From: Bacteroidota bacterium
GTDB taxonomy: Bacteria > Bacteroidota > Bacteroidia > Bacteroidales > BM520
Direction of reading: 5' to 3'
DNA: 64,000 nucleotides
Assembly: GCA_002748065.1 (NCBI GenBank)
Contig: PDRJ01000026.1
Coordinates: forward strand, 5,770-69,769
Both the position numbers and the translations under genes were made by a program. The notes beneath the pieces were generated by a model, which was given only the letters and a program-made list of their open reading frames with translations, had not been told where the DNA came from and searched no databases. Shown here one piece after another: positions 9,130 through 18,839 of this stretch; the first letter of the stretch is position 1, and every line of letters begins with the position of its first letter.

Positions 9130-10662
9130 CTACCTTCTCCTTCCCGATGAAGAACGAGGAGAAGAAGAACGGCTACTACTCCTTGTGGAAGAAGAGCTAC
9201 TCCTTGAAGGAGAAGAACGATAGGAAGAGGAGCGATTGCTCGAAGAGGAGTTCACACGGCTACTACTCCTGGGTGAACTGCTCCTATTATTACTTCTTGA
9301 GGGAGTACGATAAGTCTGACTATTATTACGACTTCCCGATGATGGAGAGCGGTATGTACGTGTATTGGACGACCGTGAAGGCGTACTGTAACGTTTCTCC
9401 CCTTTCGAAGAAGAATTCACCTTACGCTGAGGAGAAGCGTATCTCTTTTGTTGAGAAGAGGAGGGAGAGACCCTGCTGTTCGGCTTGGAATAGTCGTTGC
9501 TTGACCTAGGACGGTTCACAGAGGGAGACTCATAGCTCTTAGTACGGACAGTACCACGATGTTCATAACTTTGAGGCTTGCTATAACGCGCTGTAGTAGT
9601 GGTGGTGGAAGAGGATTGGGGACGCGTATAACCGGAAGAGGGCGTACTGCGCGTAGTCCTAATGGAAGAGGTTCCGGGCTGGCTTCCTCCCCGCCCTGAA
9701 GTTGTATTAGATGCACTTATACCACCTCTTGTATTGTTCGTGATACGAGGCTTTTTTTCCGGCACTTGACTCGTCCGATTAGAAGCACTTACCGAAGCGC
9801 TATTATGCCCACGAGTAATCGTTTCTCCCTTGGCAGCTGCAACACGTCCTCTTGCCACAGGATTTGGCGATCCTTTTCCATCGGAGGAGATCTCCATTCC
9901 CTTGGCAGATCCGCCGGTGGCGGCACTCACGCGCGAAGCGCTACGAGGCCCCCCTGTAGGATTACTTACGGTACCATCGCTGCCTCCTCTACCATAACGC
10001 TGTCCATAATAGTTGCTGTTGGTATAGGGATTATTCCCTTCACCACCATAGTGATTATGGGTATAATGCCCATCATAGTAACCATACCAATATCCATCCC
10101 AAAACCCATTGGAATAACCATAGGCATAAGAGCCGGAATACCACGGATCATACCAGCCACCCCAACCGTAACGGTAAGGACGATACCAACGGTAACCATA
10201 ATAGGGATAGCCATACCCTACATAAAAATGGCTATAAGGAGTTCCGTAATAGATGCTGGTACCCCAGAAAAAGGGGTCATAGTTATACCAGTACATATTG
10301 GTATAATAATCATGATAATAGCTATTGAAACAGTAGGAATCATGGAAACGACGAAGGCGAGAGGCGTACTCATAATCGTAGTGATCCTCATACTCATAAT
10401 CCTCTCCGTAATAATTATTGGTCACATACGTATCTCCATCAGCCTCAGCAACAGTCCCCGATACGGGGTAATCGGAGGGATCGTTTGAAGAATGCTGATA
10501 TTCAGCGGGATAATCGGTTGTTGAAGCGGAAGCTGACACCGAAGAGGAAGGACCGGAGTAATAGATGTCGTCGTAATATCCGGCGGAACTATAGAGCCCT
10601 GAAGTACAACCCATAAAGAGAAAGGTTGTCATAAACGAAATTAGAATTGCCAGATTTTTCAT
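9130..10662 (-). CDS. Lipoprotein with a YXWGXW-like aromatic/Gly-rich core and a long Ser/Arg/Thr/Pro-rich tail
   Basis: Lipobox LFMGC at the end of the signal peptide. The central region is dominated by Y/G/W/D (..YRYGWGGWYDPWYSGSYAYGYSNGFWDGYWYGYYDGHY..). The C-terminal half is almost only S/R/T/P/N (..SSSPRSSSRVNSSSSNRSSSYRSSPSRSSSSSTRSSSRSSSPRSSSGRRR). Confidence 0.7.
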   Translation of the reverse strand: MKNLAILISFMTTFLFMGCTSGLYSSAGYYDDIYYSGPSSSVSASASTTDYPAEYQHSSNDPSDYPVSGTVAEADGDTYVTNNYYGEDYEYEDHYDYEYASRLRRFHDSYCFNSYYHDYYTNMYWYNYDPFFWGTSIYYGTPYSHFYVGYGYPYYGYRWYRPYRYGWGGWYDPWYSGSYAYGYSNGFWDGYWYGYYDGHYTHNHYGGEGNNPYTNSNYYGQRYGRGGSDGTVSNPTGGPRSASRVSAATGGSAKGMEISSDGKGSPNPVARGRVAAAKGETITRGHNSASVSASNRTSQVPEKKPRITNNTRGGISASNTTSGRGGSQPGTSSIRTTRSTPSSGYTRPQSSSTTTTTARYSKPQSYEHRGTVRTKSYESPSVNRPRSSNDYSKPNSRVSPSSSQQKRYASPQRKVNSSSKGEKRYSTPSRSSNTRTYRSPSSGSRNNSQTYRTPSRSNNRSSSPRSSSRVNSSSSNRSSSYRSSPSRSSSSSTRSSSRSSSPRSSSGRRR

Positions 10663-10781
10663 AATGTTTCCTCCTATAAATTGAATAGTATCACTATACG
10701 TATAGTTGTTAAATTATTATTTACTTTTGTATGCTTTTCAAGCAGTAAAAAACAAACAAATATTATACCACAAATAAGAAA

Positions 10782-12257
10782 ATGGCTAAAGATTTTACTT
10801 CAAGGGATGAAAATTATTCGCAATGGTACAATGAGTTGGTCGTAAAGGCCGATCTGGCTGAAAACTCCGCTGTGCGGGGTTGTATGGTCATCAAACCTTA
10901 CGGGTACGCAATATGGGAAAAGATGCAGGCCATATTGGACAAGATGTTTAAAGATACGGGGCACAGCAATGCCTACTTCCCGCTATTTATACCCAAATCA
11001 TTCTTCTCACGAGAAGCGGATCACGTGGAGGGATTTGCCAAAGAGTGCGCAATTGTAACGCACTATCGATTAAAAAATGACCCCAAAAACAACGGGATTG
11101 TTGTCGACGAAGAGGCCAAACTAGAAGAAGAACTGATCGTTCGGCCCACCTCAGAAACCATTATTTGGGACACCTATAAGAATTGGATCCAATCCTACCG
11201 GGATCTTCCCATCCTGGTGAACCAATGGGCCAATGTGGTACGATGGGAGATGCGCACACGAATCTTCTTACGTACCGCCGAATTTCTCTGGCAAGAGGGA
11301 CACACGGCTCATGCCACGAAACAGGAAGCCATTGACGAAACCATTCAAATGATGAATGTCTATGCAGACTTTGCGGAGAACTTCTTGGCAATGCCTGTCT
11401 TGAAAGGAGTAAAATCGCCCAATGAACGTTTTGCCGGAGCCGTAGACACCTACTGTATTGAAGCACTCATGCAAGATGGCAAAGCACTTCAGGCGGGCAC
11501 CTCACACTTCTTAGGACAGAACTTTGCCAAGGCTTTCGATGTCCAATACCTCAACAAAGAGAACAAACTCACCCACGTATGGGCCACCTCCTGGGGCGTA
11601 TCTACCCGGTTAATGGGCGCCCTGATCATGACCCACTCTGATGACAACGGACTGGTATTACCTCCCAACCTGGCACCCATTCAAGTGGCCATCATCCCCA
11701 TCTATCGCAAAGAGGAGCAACTGACAGCCATTACAGAAAAACTACAACCTATCATTCACGCGCTAAAAGCAAAAAATATCTCCGTTAAATTTGATGACCG
11801 TGACACCTACAAACCAGGATGGAAATTCAATGAATATGAGTTTAAAGGTGTCCCTGTCCGTTTGGCTATGGGACCACGAGACATGGAAAATGGCACCGTA
11901 GAAGTGGCTCGTCGGGATACACTTGAAAAGGAGATCCTCCCTTTAGAGGGCATTGTGGAACATATCGAAGCGCTCTTGGAAGAGATCCAAAAAAACCTTT
12001 TCCAAAAAGCATTGGACTACCGAACAGCCAACACCCGAAAAGCGGATACCTGGGATGAATTCAAGGAGCTTATCAAAACAAAGAGGGGATTTATTCTGGC
12101 ACACTGGGATGGCACTCCGGAAACAGAACAAAAGATCAAAGAAGAGACCAAAGCAACCATTCGCCTGATTCCCATTGACGGGGAGAAAGAGGAAGGGAAA
12201 TGCATCTACAGCGGAAAACCCTCCACACAGCGAGTGGTCTTCGCCCTCTCTTATTAA
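10782..12257 (+). CDS. proS: Proline--tRNA ligase (archaeal/eukaryote-like type)
   Basis: 491 aa. The N-terminus is [46 protein letters not shown]. Class II motifs and the C-terminal YSGKPS...VVFALSY are characteristic of the short ProRS found in Bacteroidota. Confidence 0.95.
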   Translation: MAKDFTSRDENYSQWYNELVVKADLAENSAVRGCMVIKPYGYAIWEKMQAILDKMFKDTGHSNAYFPLFIPKSFFSREADHVEGFAKECAIVTHYRLKNDPKNNGIVVDEEAKLEEELIVRPTSETIIWDTYKNWIQSYRDLPILVNQWANVVRWEMRTRIFLRTAEFLWQEGHTAHATKQEAIDETIQMMNVYADFAENFLAMPVLKGVKSPNERFAGAVDTYCIEALMQDGKALQAGTSHFLGQNFAKAFDVQYLNKENKLTHVWATSWGVSTRLMGALIMTHSDDNGLVLPPNLAPIQVAIIPIYRKEEQLTAITEKLQPIIHALKAKNISVKFDDRDTYKPGWKFNEYEFKGVPVRLAMGPRDMENGTVEVARRDTLEKEILPLEGIVEHIEALLEEIQKNLFQKALDYRTANTRKADTWDEFKELIKTKRGFILAHWDGTPETEQKIKEETKATIRLIPIDGEKEEGKCIYSGKPSTQRVVFALSY

Positions 12258-12315
12258 ATTTCCTGGAAAACAGGAGTGCTCGTGGACGGAACCTATCCGT
12301 CTCACACCCCCAAGG

Positions 12316-13059
12316 CTACTCTTCTACACGAATGAACTGCCCGGAACCGAAAGAGGAGACAACATACTCTTTCGGTTTTCCGTATACATACACATTGCCA
12401 CTACTTTGGATCTCTCCTGAAAAGACCTTCTCGGATCTAACGTGGATATCACTAAATCCGGCATTCATCATATACAGAAGCTTTACCTTCAAATCCTGGG
12501 CATAAATGGGCCCATAGCTTCCTCCATATAAAGAGCCTAAAGACACCTCTCCCCGCAAGTTAATATCGACGGTACCCAACGTATTTTCAACCCTTAATAC
12601 ACCAACATGCAATTGTAAAGAGACACTTCCGCCCCCTCCTTGCACCAAAAGAGAAAGAGAGTCACGACTTATGGGCGACTCAGCGACGATATCCCCTGCA
12701 GCCTCATACACAAACGAGCGATAAGCATGGGCATTCACCTTAACCTGTGGCCTTTTACGATAATCGCGCAACCAATTGGCCCTATTCTCATTCCCAACAA
12801 ACAAGGTGTCCGATATTACCTCCGTAGAAATCCAATCTAACAAATACTTCCCACCGGATAACCACACCTCCTCACGAGGCACAGAATCGGAAAGGACCAG
12901 ATCTACCTCATCCAAAAGCACCAGATTAGAGGCCTGCCCCACCGTATGGACCCGCCTTTCGTAAGGTCCTGAGGACTTCAGCGCAATAGGTGATTTTTCA
13001 CATCCCGGAAAAAGGATCATCACGCTCAACCACAAAAATACATTTACATACTTCATCAT
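12316..13059 (-). CDS. Secreted GIN/DUF2807-type beta-helix protein (putative auto-transporter adhesin head GIN domain)
   Basis: N-terminal signal or lipoprotein-like peptide (LFPGCEK). There are repetitive G-rich beta-strand blocks (..GAGDIVAES..LLVQGGGGSVSLQLHVG..GSYGPIYAQDLKV..SGNVYVYGKP). Its start abuts the stop of the upstream gene (13059/13060). Confidence 0.55.
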   Translation of the reverse strand: MMKYVNVFLWLSVMILFPGCEKSPIALKSSGPYERRVHTVGQASNLVLLDEVDLVLSDSVPREEVWLSGGKYLLDWISTEVISDTLFVGNENRANWLRDYRKRPQVKVNAHAYRSFVYEAAGDIVAESPISRDSLSLLVQGGGGSVSLQLHVGVLRVENTLGTVDINLRGEVSLGSLYGGSYGPIYAQDLKVKLLYMMNAGFSDIHVRSEKVFSGEIQSSGNVYVYGKPKEYVVSSFGSGQFIRVEE

Positions 13060-14211
13060 CTAATAGTAAATCACCTTCAAGTTATACCCCACTCCAAACA
13101 TAATAAAATCGGCTCTTCCGTACACCGCCTTAATCCCAAAATAGGGATAGAGCCCATTATCAAAATGATATTTGATGGCTGCTTTCTCATAAATGGCTCC
13201 CAAAAACACCGAGCCACGATTCAAAAGTTCCAATCCAAGAGCCATATCCATAGAGACCTCCCAAAGCCACACGTGCCATGCACCACACAGACCATATTTC
13301 GTCAACTGTTGGCTGCGTATCTCATGACTCAATGGCACATAATGAATCACATCAAGGCCCACCCCCAGTTTATGTTTAAAGTTTAGCGGTTTCATCATCT
13401 CCAAACTGAGACCCACAGCCATCAACCGATCCCCCTGTTTATAACTCTGATCTTTCACCCCCATGTAAGAGGTCATAGCAAGATAGGCAAACCGTTTCCC
13501 GTCAAACTCAAACATATAGAGTTCCGGTAAAACCTTCCGCCGATCAAAACGATTAGGCTTTCGCAAATGATACATCATACCAACACTGCAAGAGACCCCA
13601 TTCAATCCATGATTGGGGGTTTTTAACGACCCGTTGCTAAAATGCTGGAAATCCAGCGATCCATTAAACACAAATCGTTCACTAAAAGCATGTTGATACT
13701 CCAACTTCAGGTTGATTGCCGCATTAACGTACGAACCGATGGCAATATTTTTATAATTGCTTACAGGATCGTAGGGCTTTGTCAGGTAGCCCACCCCCAC
13801 CCCAAGCCGGAAAGAGAGACGCGAGGTTGGATCTCCATACCAGGGGAAACAGATATGGGGGTGCAAGCCATACGCTTTACCAATATATTCCGACCGACCA
13901 AAGGTAGAAAACCAAAGAGAGAGGCCCACACGAGGATACTCGTACAAATATTCCCATCTACTCTTCCCATAGGAGAGGTATCCCAAAGCAACTTCATGAC
14001 TCACAAAGTGTGTCTGTAATTCACGCGTTTCCAAATGATGAGGGATTAAAAATCCATATCCTACGCGAGACTCCACATAGTAATTGTCAGGAAGTTTATC
14101 CAACCAACTCCCCTGCCCATAACTCCTCAACATCATGCTCAACAGCACGAAAAGAAGGGCTACTAACCGATATCCTACTACCCAATGACGCTTCACAAGC
14201 AATTCAAACAA
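13060..14211 (-). CDS. Acyloxyacyl hydrolase / PagL-like lipid A deacylase family outer-membrane protein
   Basis: N-terminal hydrophobic segment. The motif ..FQHFSNGSLKTPNHGLNG.. resembles the His-Ser-Asn catalytic strand of PagL-type deacylases. The sequence is beta-barrel-like throughout and ends ..GYNLKVIYY. Confidence 0.55.
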   Translation of the reverse strand: MFELLVKRHWVVGYRLVALLFVLLSMMLRSYGQGSWLDKLPDNYYVESRVGYGFLIPHHLETRELQTHFVSHEVALGYLSYGKSRWEYLYEYPRVGLSLWFSTFGRSEYIGKAYGLHPHICFPWYGDPTSRLSFRLGVGVGYLTKPYDPVSNYKNIAIGSYVNAAINLKLEYQHAFSERFVFNGSLDFQHFSNGSLKTPNHGLNGVSCSVGMMYHLRKPNRFDRRKVLPELYMFEFDGKRFAYLAMTSYMGVKDQSYKQGDRLMAVGLSLEMMKPLNFKHKLGVGLDVIHYVPLSHEIRSQQLTKYGLCGAWHVWLWEVSMDMALGLELLNRGSVFLGAIYEKAAIKYHFDNGLYPYFGIKAVYGRADFIMFGVGYNLKVIYY

Positions 14212-14267
14212 CCAAAAATAATATAATTTAAGAAGGTACGAATGTTTACCTTTGCCAAAAAAAAGAG

Positions 14268-15047
14268 ATGGATCGTAGATTAGAAGCCTTTAAAAGACTA
14301 CTGGATATCATGGATGAACTTAGGGAGAAATGCCCCTGGGACAAAAAACAAACCTTAGAGAGCTTACGTTATCTCACCATTGAAGAGACCTACGAACTTT
14401 CCGATGCCATCCTGGACAATGACCTCAATGAGGTTAGGAAAGAACTTGGAGACCTCATGTTACATCTGGTTTTTTATGCGAAGATTGGGGAGGAAAAGAG
14501 CGCATTTAACATCACCGATGTCCTAACAGGAATTAGTGAGAAGCTCATCCATCGGCATCCTCACATTTTTGGCAATGTGGTTGCAGAGGATGAAAAAACG
14601 GTGAAAGATAATTGGGAGCGCATCAAGATGAAAGAGGGTAGGAAATCTGTACTCTCAGGAGTTCCCAAGTCCATGCCGGCCATGGTAAAGGCCTTTCGGA
14701 TGCAAGAAAAAGCCAGCGGTGTAGGCTTCGACTGGCCCCACATCGACCAGGTGAAAGAGAAAATTGAGGAGGAGCGGTTAGAATTGGAAAAGGAGTTGAA
14801 AAATGGCGCAGATCCCGGGAGAGTGGAAGCAGAATTTGGCGATTTACTTTTCGCCTTTGTCAATTACGCCCGTTTCTTAAACATCAACCCCGATGATGCC
14901 TTAGAGAGGACCAACAAGAAATTCATCAAACGGTTCACTTACATTGAAGAGCAAGCGAAGAAAAAGGGCAAAGTACTCCATGAGATGAGCCTCGACGAGA
15001 TGGAGACCCTTTGGCAGAAATCCAAGTCCGAAGAGCCAACCCCCTAA
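14268..15047 (+). CDS. mazG: Nucleoside triphosphate pyrophosphohydrolase MazG
   Basis: The sequence LREKCPWDKKQTLESLRYLTIEETYELSDAI...ELGDLMLHLVF, plus a second EEERLELEKE...EFGDLLFAFVNYARF half, is the tandem MazG fold. Confidence 0.9.
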   Translation: MDRRLEAFKRLLDIMDELREKCPWDKKQTLESLRYLTIEETYELSDAILDNDLNEVRKELGDLMLHLVFYAKIGEEKSAFNITDVLTGISEKLIHRHPHIFGNVVAEDEKTVKDNWERIKMKEGRKSVLSGVPKSMPAMVKAFRMQEKASGVGFDWPHIDQVKEKIEEERLELEKELKNGADPGRVEAEFGDLLFAFVNYARFLNINPDDALERTNKKFIKRFTYIEEQAKKKGKVLHEMSLDEMETLWQKSKSEEPTP

Positions 15048-15052
15048 AGAAA

Positions 15053-15084
15053 AACGACATTTCACCTTTTGGTGAAATGTCGTT
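15053..15084. terminator. Bidirectional hairpin terminator between mazG and the peroxiredoxin gene
   Basis: A perfect 14-bp stem aacgacatttcacc / ggtgaaatgtcgtt with loop tttt lies between the convergent stops at 15047 and 15114. Confidence 0.65.
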
Positions 15085-15113
15085 CTATCAAATGATCCAA
15101 TAAGAGTTATTTA

Positions 15114-15752
15114 TTAGGCCTTTTTCTCAAGGTATTGAGCAACGCCCTCGTGGGTTGCTTGCATCGCTTCTTCACCCGGCTTCCAGTTGGCGGGACAAAC
15201 CTCTCCGTGCTCTTCAAAATACTGAAGGGCATCTACCATACGAAGAGCCTCCTCTACGCTACGACCCAGCGGCAGATCATTCACCACCTGATGACGAACT
15301 ACCCCTTGCTTATCAATCAGGAATAATCCTCTGTAAGCAACTGCTTCCCCCTCAAAATCAATCTCATCATCTTCTGAATTGTACACATATTCTCCGGCCA
15401 GAACATCAAAATTCTGGGAAATTGCTTTCGAAAGATCAGATACCAAAGGGAATTTTACCCCTTTAATTCCACCATCTTTAAGCTCAGTGTTGAGCCATGC
15501 CCAGTGAGAAAACTTGGAATCGATAGAACAGCCTACTACGGCACAATTCTTGGCCTCAAATTCCGCAAGTTTTTCTTGAAAAGCCAAAATTTCAGTTGGA
15601 CAAACAAAGGTAAAGTCCAAGGGATAAAAGAAGAAGACCACATGCTTCTTTCCCAAATACTGCTCGAGAGAAAATTTCTCAACAAATTCGCCGCCATTGA
15701 TCACGGCATCGGCTTCAAACAATGGAGCCTTTTTTCCTACTAATACTGCCAT
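15114..15752 (-). CDS. 2-Cys peroxiredoxin (AhpC/Prx1 subfamily)
   Basis: MAVLVGKKAPLFEA...FFFYPLDFTFVCPTEI (peroxidatic Cys) and ...HGEVCPANW (resolving Cys). The start is moved to the internal ATG at 15752; the upstream ORF extension has no homology-like features. Confidence 0.9.
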   Translation of the reverse strand: MAVLVGKKAPLFEADAVINGGEFVEKFSLEQYLGKKHVVFFFYPLDFTFVCPTEILAFQEKLAEFEAKNCAVVGCSIDSKFSHWAWLNTELKDGGIKGVKFPLVSDLSKAISQNFDVLAGEYVYNSEDDEIDFEGEAVAYRGLFLIDKQGVVRHQVVNDLPLGRSVEEALRMVDALQYFEEHGEVCPANWKPGEEAMQATHEGVAQYLEKKA

Positions 15753-15972
15753 ATTAAAATTATTTACGGTTGCTTCTAAACATCTAAACTTCCAGGTTGT
15801 GACCACCGGTAAGAACAGGCATTTACCGTCTCAAACGGTGCTCTCTTCTCCCTTCGTCACAAGCCTCAACGCCAAATCTTCCAAAGCCCCCCTATTTAAA
15901 ATCGGTCAATGTGCCCACAAAGGTAAGCAACATTCCCATAAGATTTTCTTAGAAGAACAGAAATTAAACCAT

Positions 15973-17451
15973 TTAGTTCAATAGCATATCAAAATCGGCT
16001 TTAATCGGCTCATCTTTCAAGAAATCGTATAGGGTAAGTTTTCTTATTTCATAAAAGTTACGCCAATAGCTATGCAAGGCTGAGATATAACCTTTTTTCC
16101 GGGTATCCTTGTCAGCCATAGCACTGTTAAGCTCGGTAATATCAATGGTTCCAATCAGGTAACGCTGTTTGGTAAAGCTATATCTCCGTTCGGCCACCGT
16201 ATCGCTTTTGGCGGCAATCACCAATTGGTTCCGCTGCATATTAAATTGCGTCACCTTCAGGTAGATATCCTGGTTGAAATCGGTTCTCTCCTGCTCGATA
16301 GAGGTACGGACCAACTCCAGTTGGGACTCAGCCATATGAATTCTTCCCCTGGCCTTTCCCCAATCTAAAATGGGGATCTGCACGCCAAGCTGGATTGCCT
16401 GTTGATCACGGGGGTTCTCATAAACATCTGCTAAAAGATCGGAACGGCCATTCAGGCCATAGGTAGCGATAAGATCGGCACCAAAACGTCCCTCCATCTT
16501 CGCCCTATTCACTGCCGCATTGGCCTCCAGGAGCCTCCGATCAAAGGCAATGGCAGCCGCACGATAGTCAAAAGCGTATTCAAGGGCACGGGTCACATCC
16601 ACACTCACATCCGGGATATCCGAAGGAGGAACCAACACAAGGGAAGTCTCTTTTTTTATACGCAAATAGGAGCGCAGATCAAACATTCGCATCTTCAGGT
16701 TCAGCTGTGCCTGCTCCAGTTGTGCCCTTGAACTAAGATAGTTAAGTTCCATATTCAACACCTCATTCTCGGCAATGGTTCCCATCTTATAGCGCCCTTT
16801 AGCGATCTGATACAAGGTATCATTATTGGCTAGATTCGTCTCCTGGATACTTACGTTCATCTGGGCTAGCAACAGGTTAAAGAAATAGTCAGCCGCAGTA
16901 ATTGCCACGCCCTCCATCCTCTCGAGGTACTGTTGTCGAGCCTCATTATATTTCATAGGTTTCACCTTACGCTCCCACTTAAAGCTATTGTATCCAAAGA
17001 GAGGCTGACGAAGGGTAATCCCAATGGGATTTGAGATAAACTCCATCCGATCATCATCAAAAAACAGCAACGAACGCAATGAACTTTTGAGGGATACACT
17101 TCCTCCGGTAAAGCCAATTTTCTGGCTTAGGGAGAGGCCAAGATCGGAAGACATCTGATAGTAGGGAGCATAAACACCTCCCTCCGGAGTCTGCACATAG
17201 GTGTAGGCATTGGTAAACGAAACGGGCGTACCATCAATCTTCAATTGAGGCTTATAATCTGCTTTAAAGTAACGATACTGCCAGTAGCTGGAACGGTAGC
17301 GATGCGTTGCAATAAGGGCATCAGGAGCCCGTTGACGGGCAATGGCAATCACCTCATCAAGCGTAAGGTAAACCGTTTTATCTTGTTGTGAAAAGACGGT
17401 GTTTCCCCCTAAAAAAACAATTATAAAGAGAAAAAAGTAACGGATCTTCAT
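15973..17451 (-). CDS. TolC-family outer-membrane efflux protein
   Basis: Signal peptide MKIRYFFLFIIVFLGGNTVFSQ. Two coiled-coil/beta repeats carry typical TolC wording (..LTLDEVIAIARQRAPD.., ..LEYAFDYRAAAIAFDRRLLEANAAV..). The start is moved to the ATG at 17451, 14 nt after the permease stop. Confidence 0.85.
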   Translation of the reverse strand: MKIRYFFLFIIVFLGGNTVFSQQDKTVYLTLDEVIAIARQRAPDALIATHRYRSSYWQYRYFKADYKPQLKIDGTPVSFTNAYTYVQTPEGGVYAPYYQMSSDLGLSLSQKIGFTGGSVSLKSSLRSLLFFDDDRMEFISNPIGITLRQPLFGYNSFKWERKVKPMKYNEARQQYLERMEGVAITAADYFFNLLLAQMNVSIQETNLANNDTLYQIAKGRYKMGTIAENEVLNMELNYLSSRAQLEQAQLNLKMRMFDLRSYLRIKKETSLVLVPPSDIPDVSVDVTRALEYAFDYRAAAIAFDRRLLEANAAVNRAKMEGRFGADLIATYGLNGRSDLLADVYENPRDQQAIQLGVQIPILDWGKARGRIHMAESQLELVRTSIEQERTDFNQDIYLKVTQFNMQRNQLVIAAKSDTVAERRYSFTKQRYLIGTIDITELNSAMADKDTRKKGYISALHSYWRNFYEIRKLTLYDFLKDEPIKADFDMLLN

Positions 17452-17464
17452 AGTAATCAAACAG

Positions 17465-18829
17465 TTAATCATGACGCAATGACTCAACGGGATCTTGTTT
17501 TGCCGCCTTGCGAGCGGGCATATATCCAAAGAGAATCCCCACGGTAGCCGACACACCAAAAGAGATTAAGATTGAAGGCCAAGAGATGAGAGTCAGGATA
17601 TCGGTAAATCGCATAATCATACGTGCCAAAAAGATGCCCAAAACAACGCCAATAAGTCCCCCAATCACAGAGATAATAATGGCTTCTGCCAAAAATTGAA
17701 ATACAATATCTTTCTGCGTTGCCCCTATGGCACGACGGGTTCCAATCTCTTTAATCCGTTCCATTACAGAGGCTAGCATAATATTCATAATACCAATTCC
17801 TCCCACAATAAGCGATATCCCGGCAATGGCTCCCAGCACAATATTAAAAATATCTTTGGTTCGTTGCTCCTGTTTAAGCAGCAGCTCAGGAATTCGAATC
17901 TCCACATCCTCTTTTCCCTGATGGCGACGGTTTAACATTCTCCTAATCACCGCCGCCGTAGCCTTCAACTGTTGGCTCTCCTTAACCTTCACCACAATGC
18001 GGTTCAACTGGTTTCCCCCTTCCACCCCACTTCCGGCACTACTACGGACAGAAACCCTTCCAAAGCCATGGGAAAAAGACGTTTGGCTCTCACCATGGAG
18101 GGAGGCCTCGGTCACAACAGAACGGTCTTTATAGCGCAACAGCACCGTTTGAATGGGCGCATAAAGGCTTTCATTATAATTGGCCACCCCCACCTCTTCA
18201 TGGGCAGCATTCCCCAGGGGAACCTTTTTCAACACACCGATCACTTCCAACCAAATATCACCACACTTAATGTGCTTCCCAATGGGATCTTCATCGGAAA
18301 AGAAGCGGGATTTCAGGGAGGACCCAATGATACAGACAGCCTTTCCCTCCTCCAATTGGGCTTGGCTAAACATATTCCCCTCCCCTATATCCAAATTAAA
18401 GACCTCAAAAAATGCCGGTGTTACACCATCGAGTTTTGCCAAACGACGTTTTCCTCCCCGGATAAGAAAGGTCTCATAAACCACTTCCGGACTCACAGCC
18501 TCTACGGTGGGGAGGATCTCCCTAATAGAAGCCACATCTGCCAGGGTAAGCCCCGGAGAATACTTCGTCTGTACACTCTTCCCCTCTTCCTCTTGCTCTT
18601 CCTGCATCAATGCGTCCACATCCACCGGCCGAATCATAATATTGTTTACCCCCACCAGCTTCATCTGATCAAGGATCTCCTGTTGCGCGCCACTTCCGAT
18701 GGCTAGCATCGCAATCACTGCGGCCACCCCAAAGATGATCCCCAAAGCGGTAAGAATGGAACGGAACTTATTCACCATTACAGCTTCCACTGCCATGTTG
18801 AGATTATACAAAATACGTTGATAATTCAT
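17465..18829 (-). CDS. MacB/FtsX-type ABC transporter permease (no fused ATPase)
   Basis: N-terminal TM helix, a large periplasmic MacB_PCD-like domain, and a C-terminal FtsX 3-TM bundle (..ERIKEIGTRRAIGATQKDIVFQFLAEA..). Confidence 0.85.
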   Translation of the reverse strand: MNYQRILYNLNMAVEAVMVNKFRSILTALGIIFGVAAVIAMLAIGSGAQQEILDQMKLVGVNNIMIRPVDVDALMQEEQEEEGKSVQTKYSPGLTLADVASIREILPTVEAVSPEVVYETFLIRGGKRRLAKLDGVTPAFFEVFNLDIGEGNMFSQAQLEEGKAVCIIGSSLKSRFFSDEDPIGKHIKCGDIWLEVIGVLKKVPLGNAAHEEVGVANYNESLYAPIQTVLLRYKDRSVVTEASLHGESQTSFSHGFGRVSVRSSAGSGVEGGNQLNRIVVKVKESQQLKATAAVIRRMLNRRHQGKEDVEIRIPELLLKQEQRTKDIFNIVLGAIAGISLIVGGIGIMNIMLASVMERIKEIGTRRAIGATQKDIVFQFLAEAIIISVIGGLIGVVLGIFLARMIMRFTDILTLISWPSILISFGVSATVGILFGYMPARKAAKQDPVESLRHD

Positions 18830-18839
18830 GGCAAGAAGG

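Noticed and set aside
9766-10488. 240-aa plus-strand ORF (also 9096-9509 and 9966-10214)
   Set aside because: It arises from the repetitive Tyr/Gly and Ser/Arg codon runs of the lipoprotein gene on the minus strand. It translates to Ile/Thr/Pro runs without signal or domain features.
15807-15972. 166-bp intergenic gap between the peroxiredoxin and TolC genes as a possible RNA gene
   Set aside because: I saw no tRNA-like conserved boxes, strong hairpins or repeats. It is most simply the peroxiredoxin promoter region.
17972-18706. 244-aa plus-strand ORF (and the nested 18180-18479 ORF)
   Set aside because: It is antisense to the MacB/FtsX permease gene, whose translation has clear family features. 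It is a shadow ORF.
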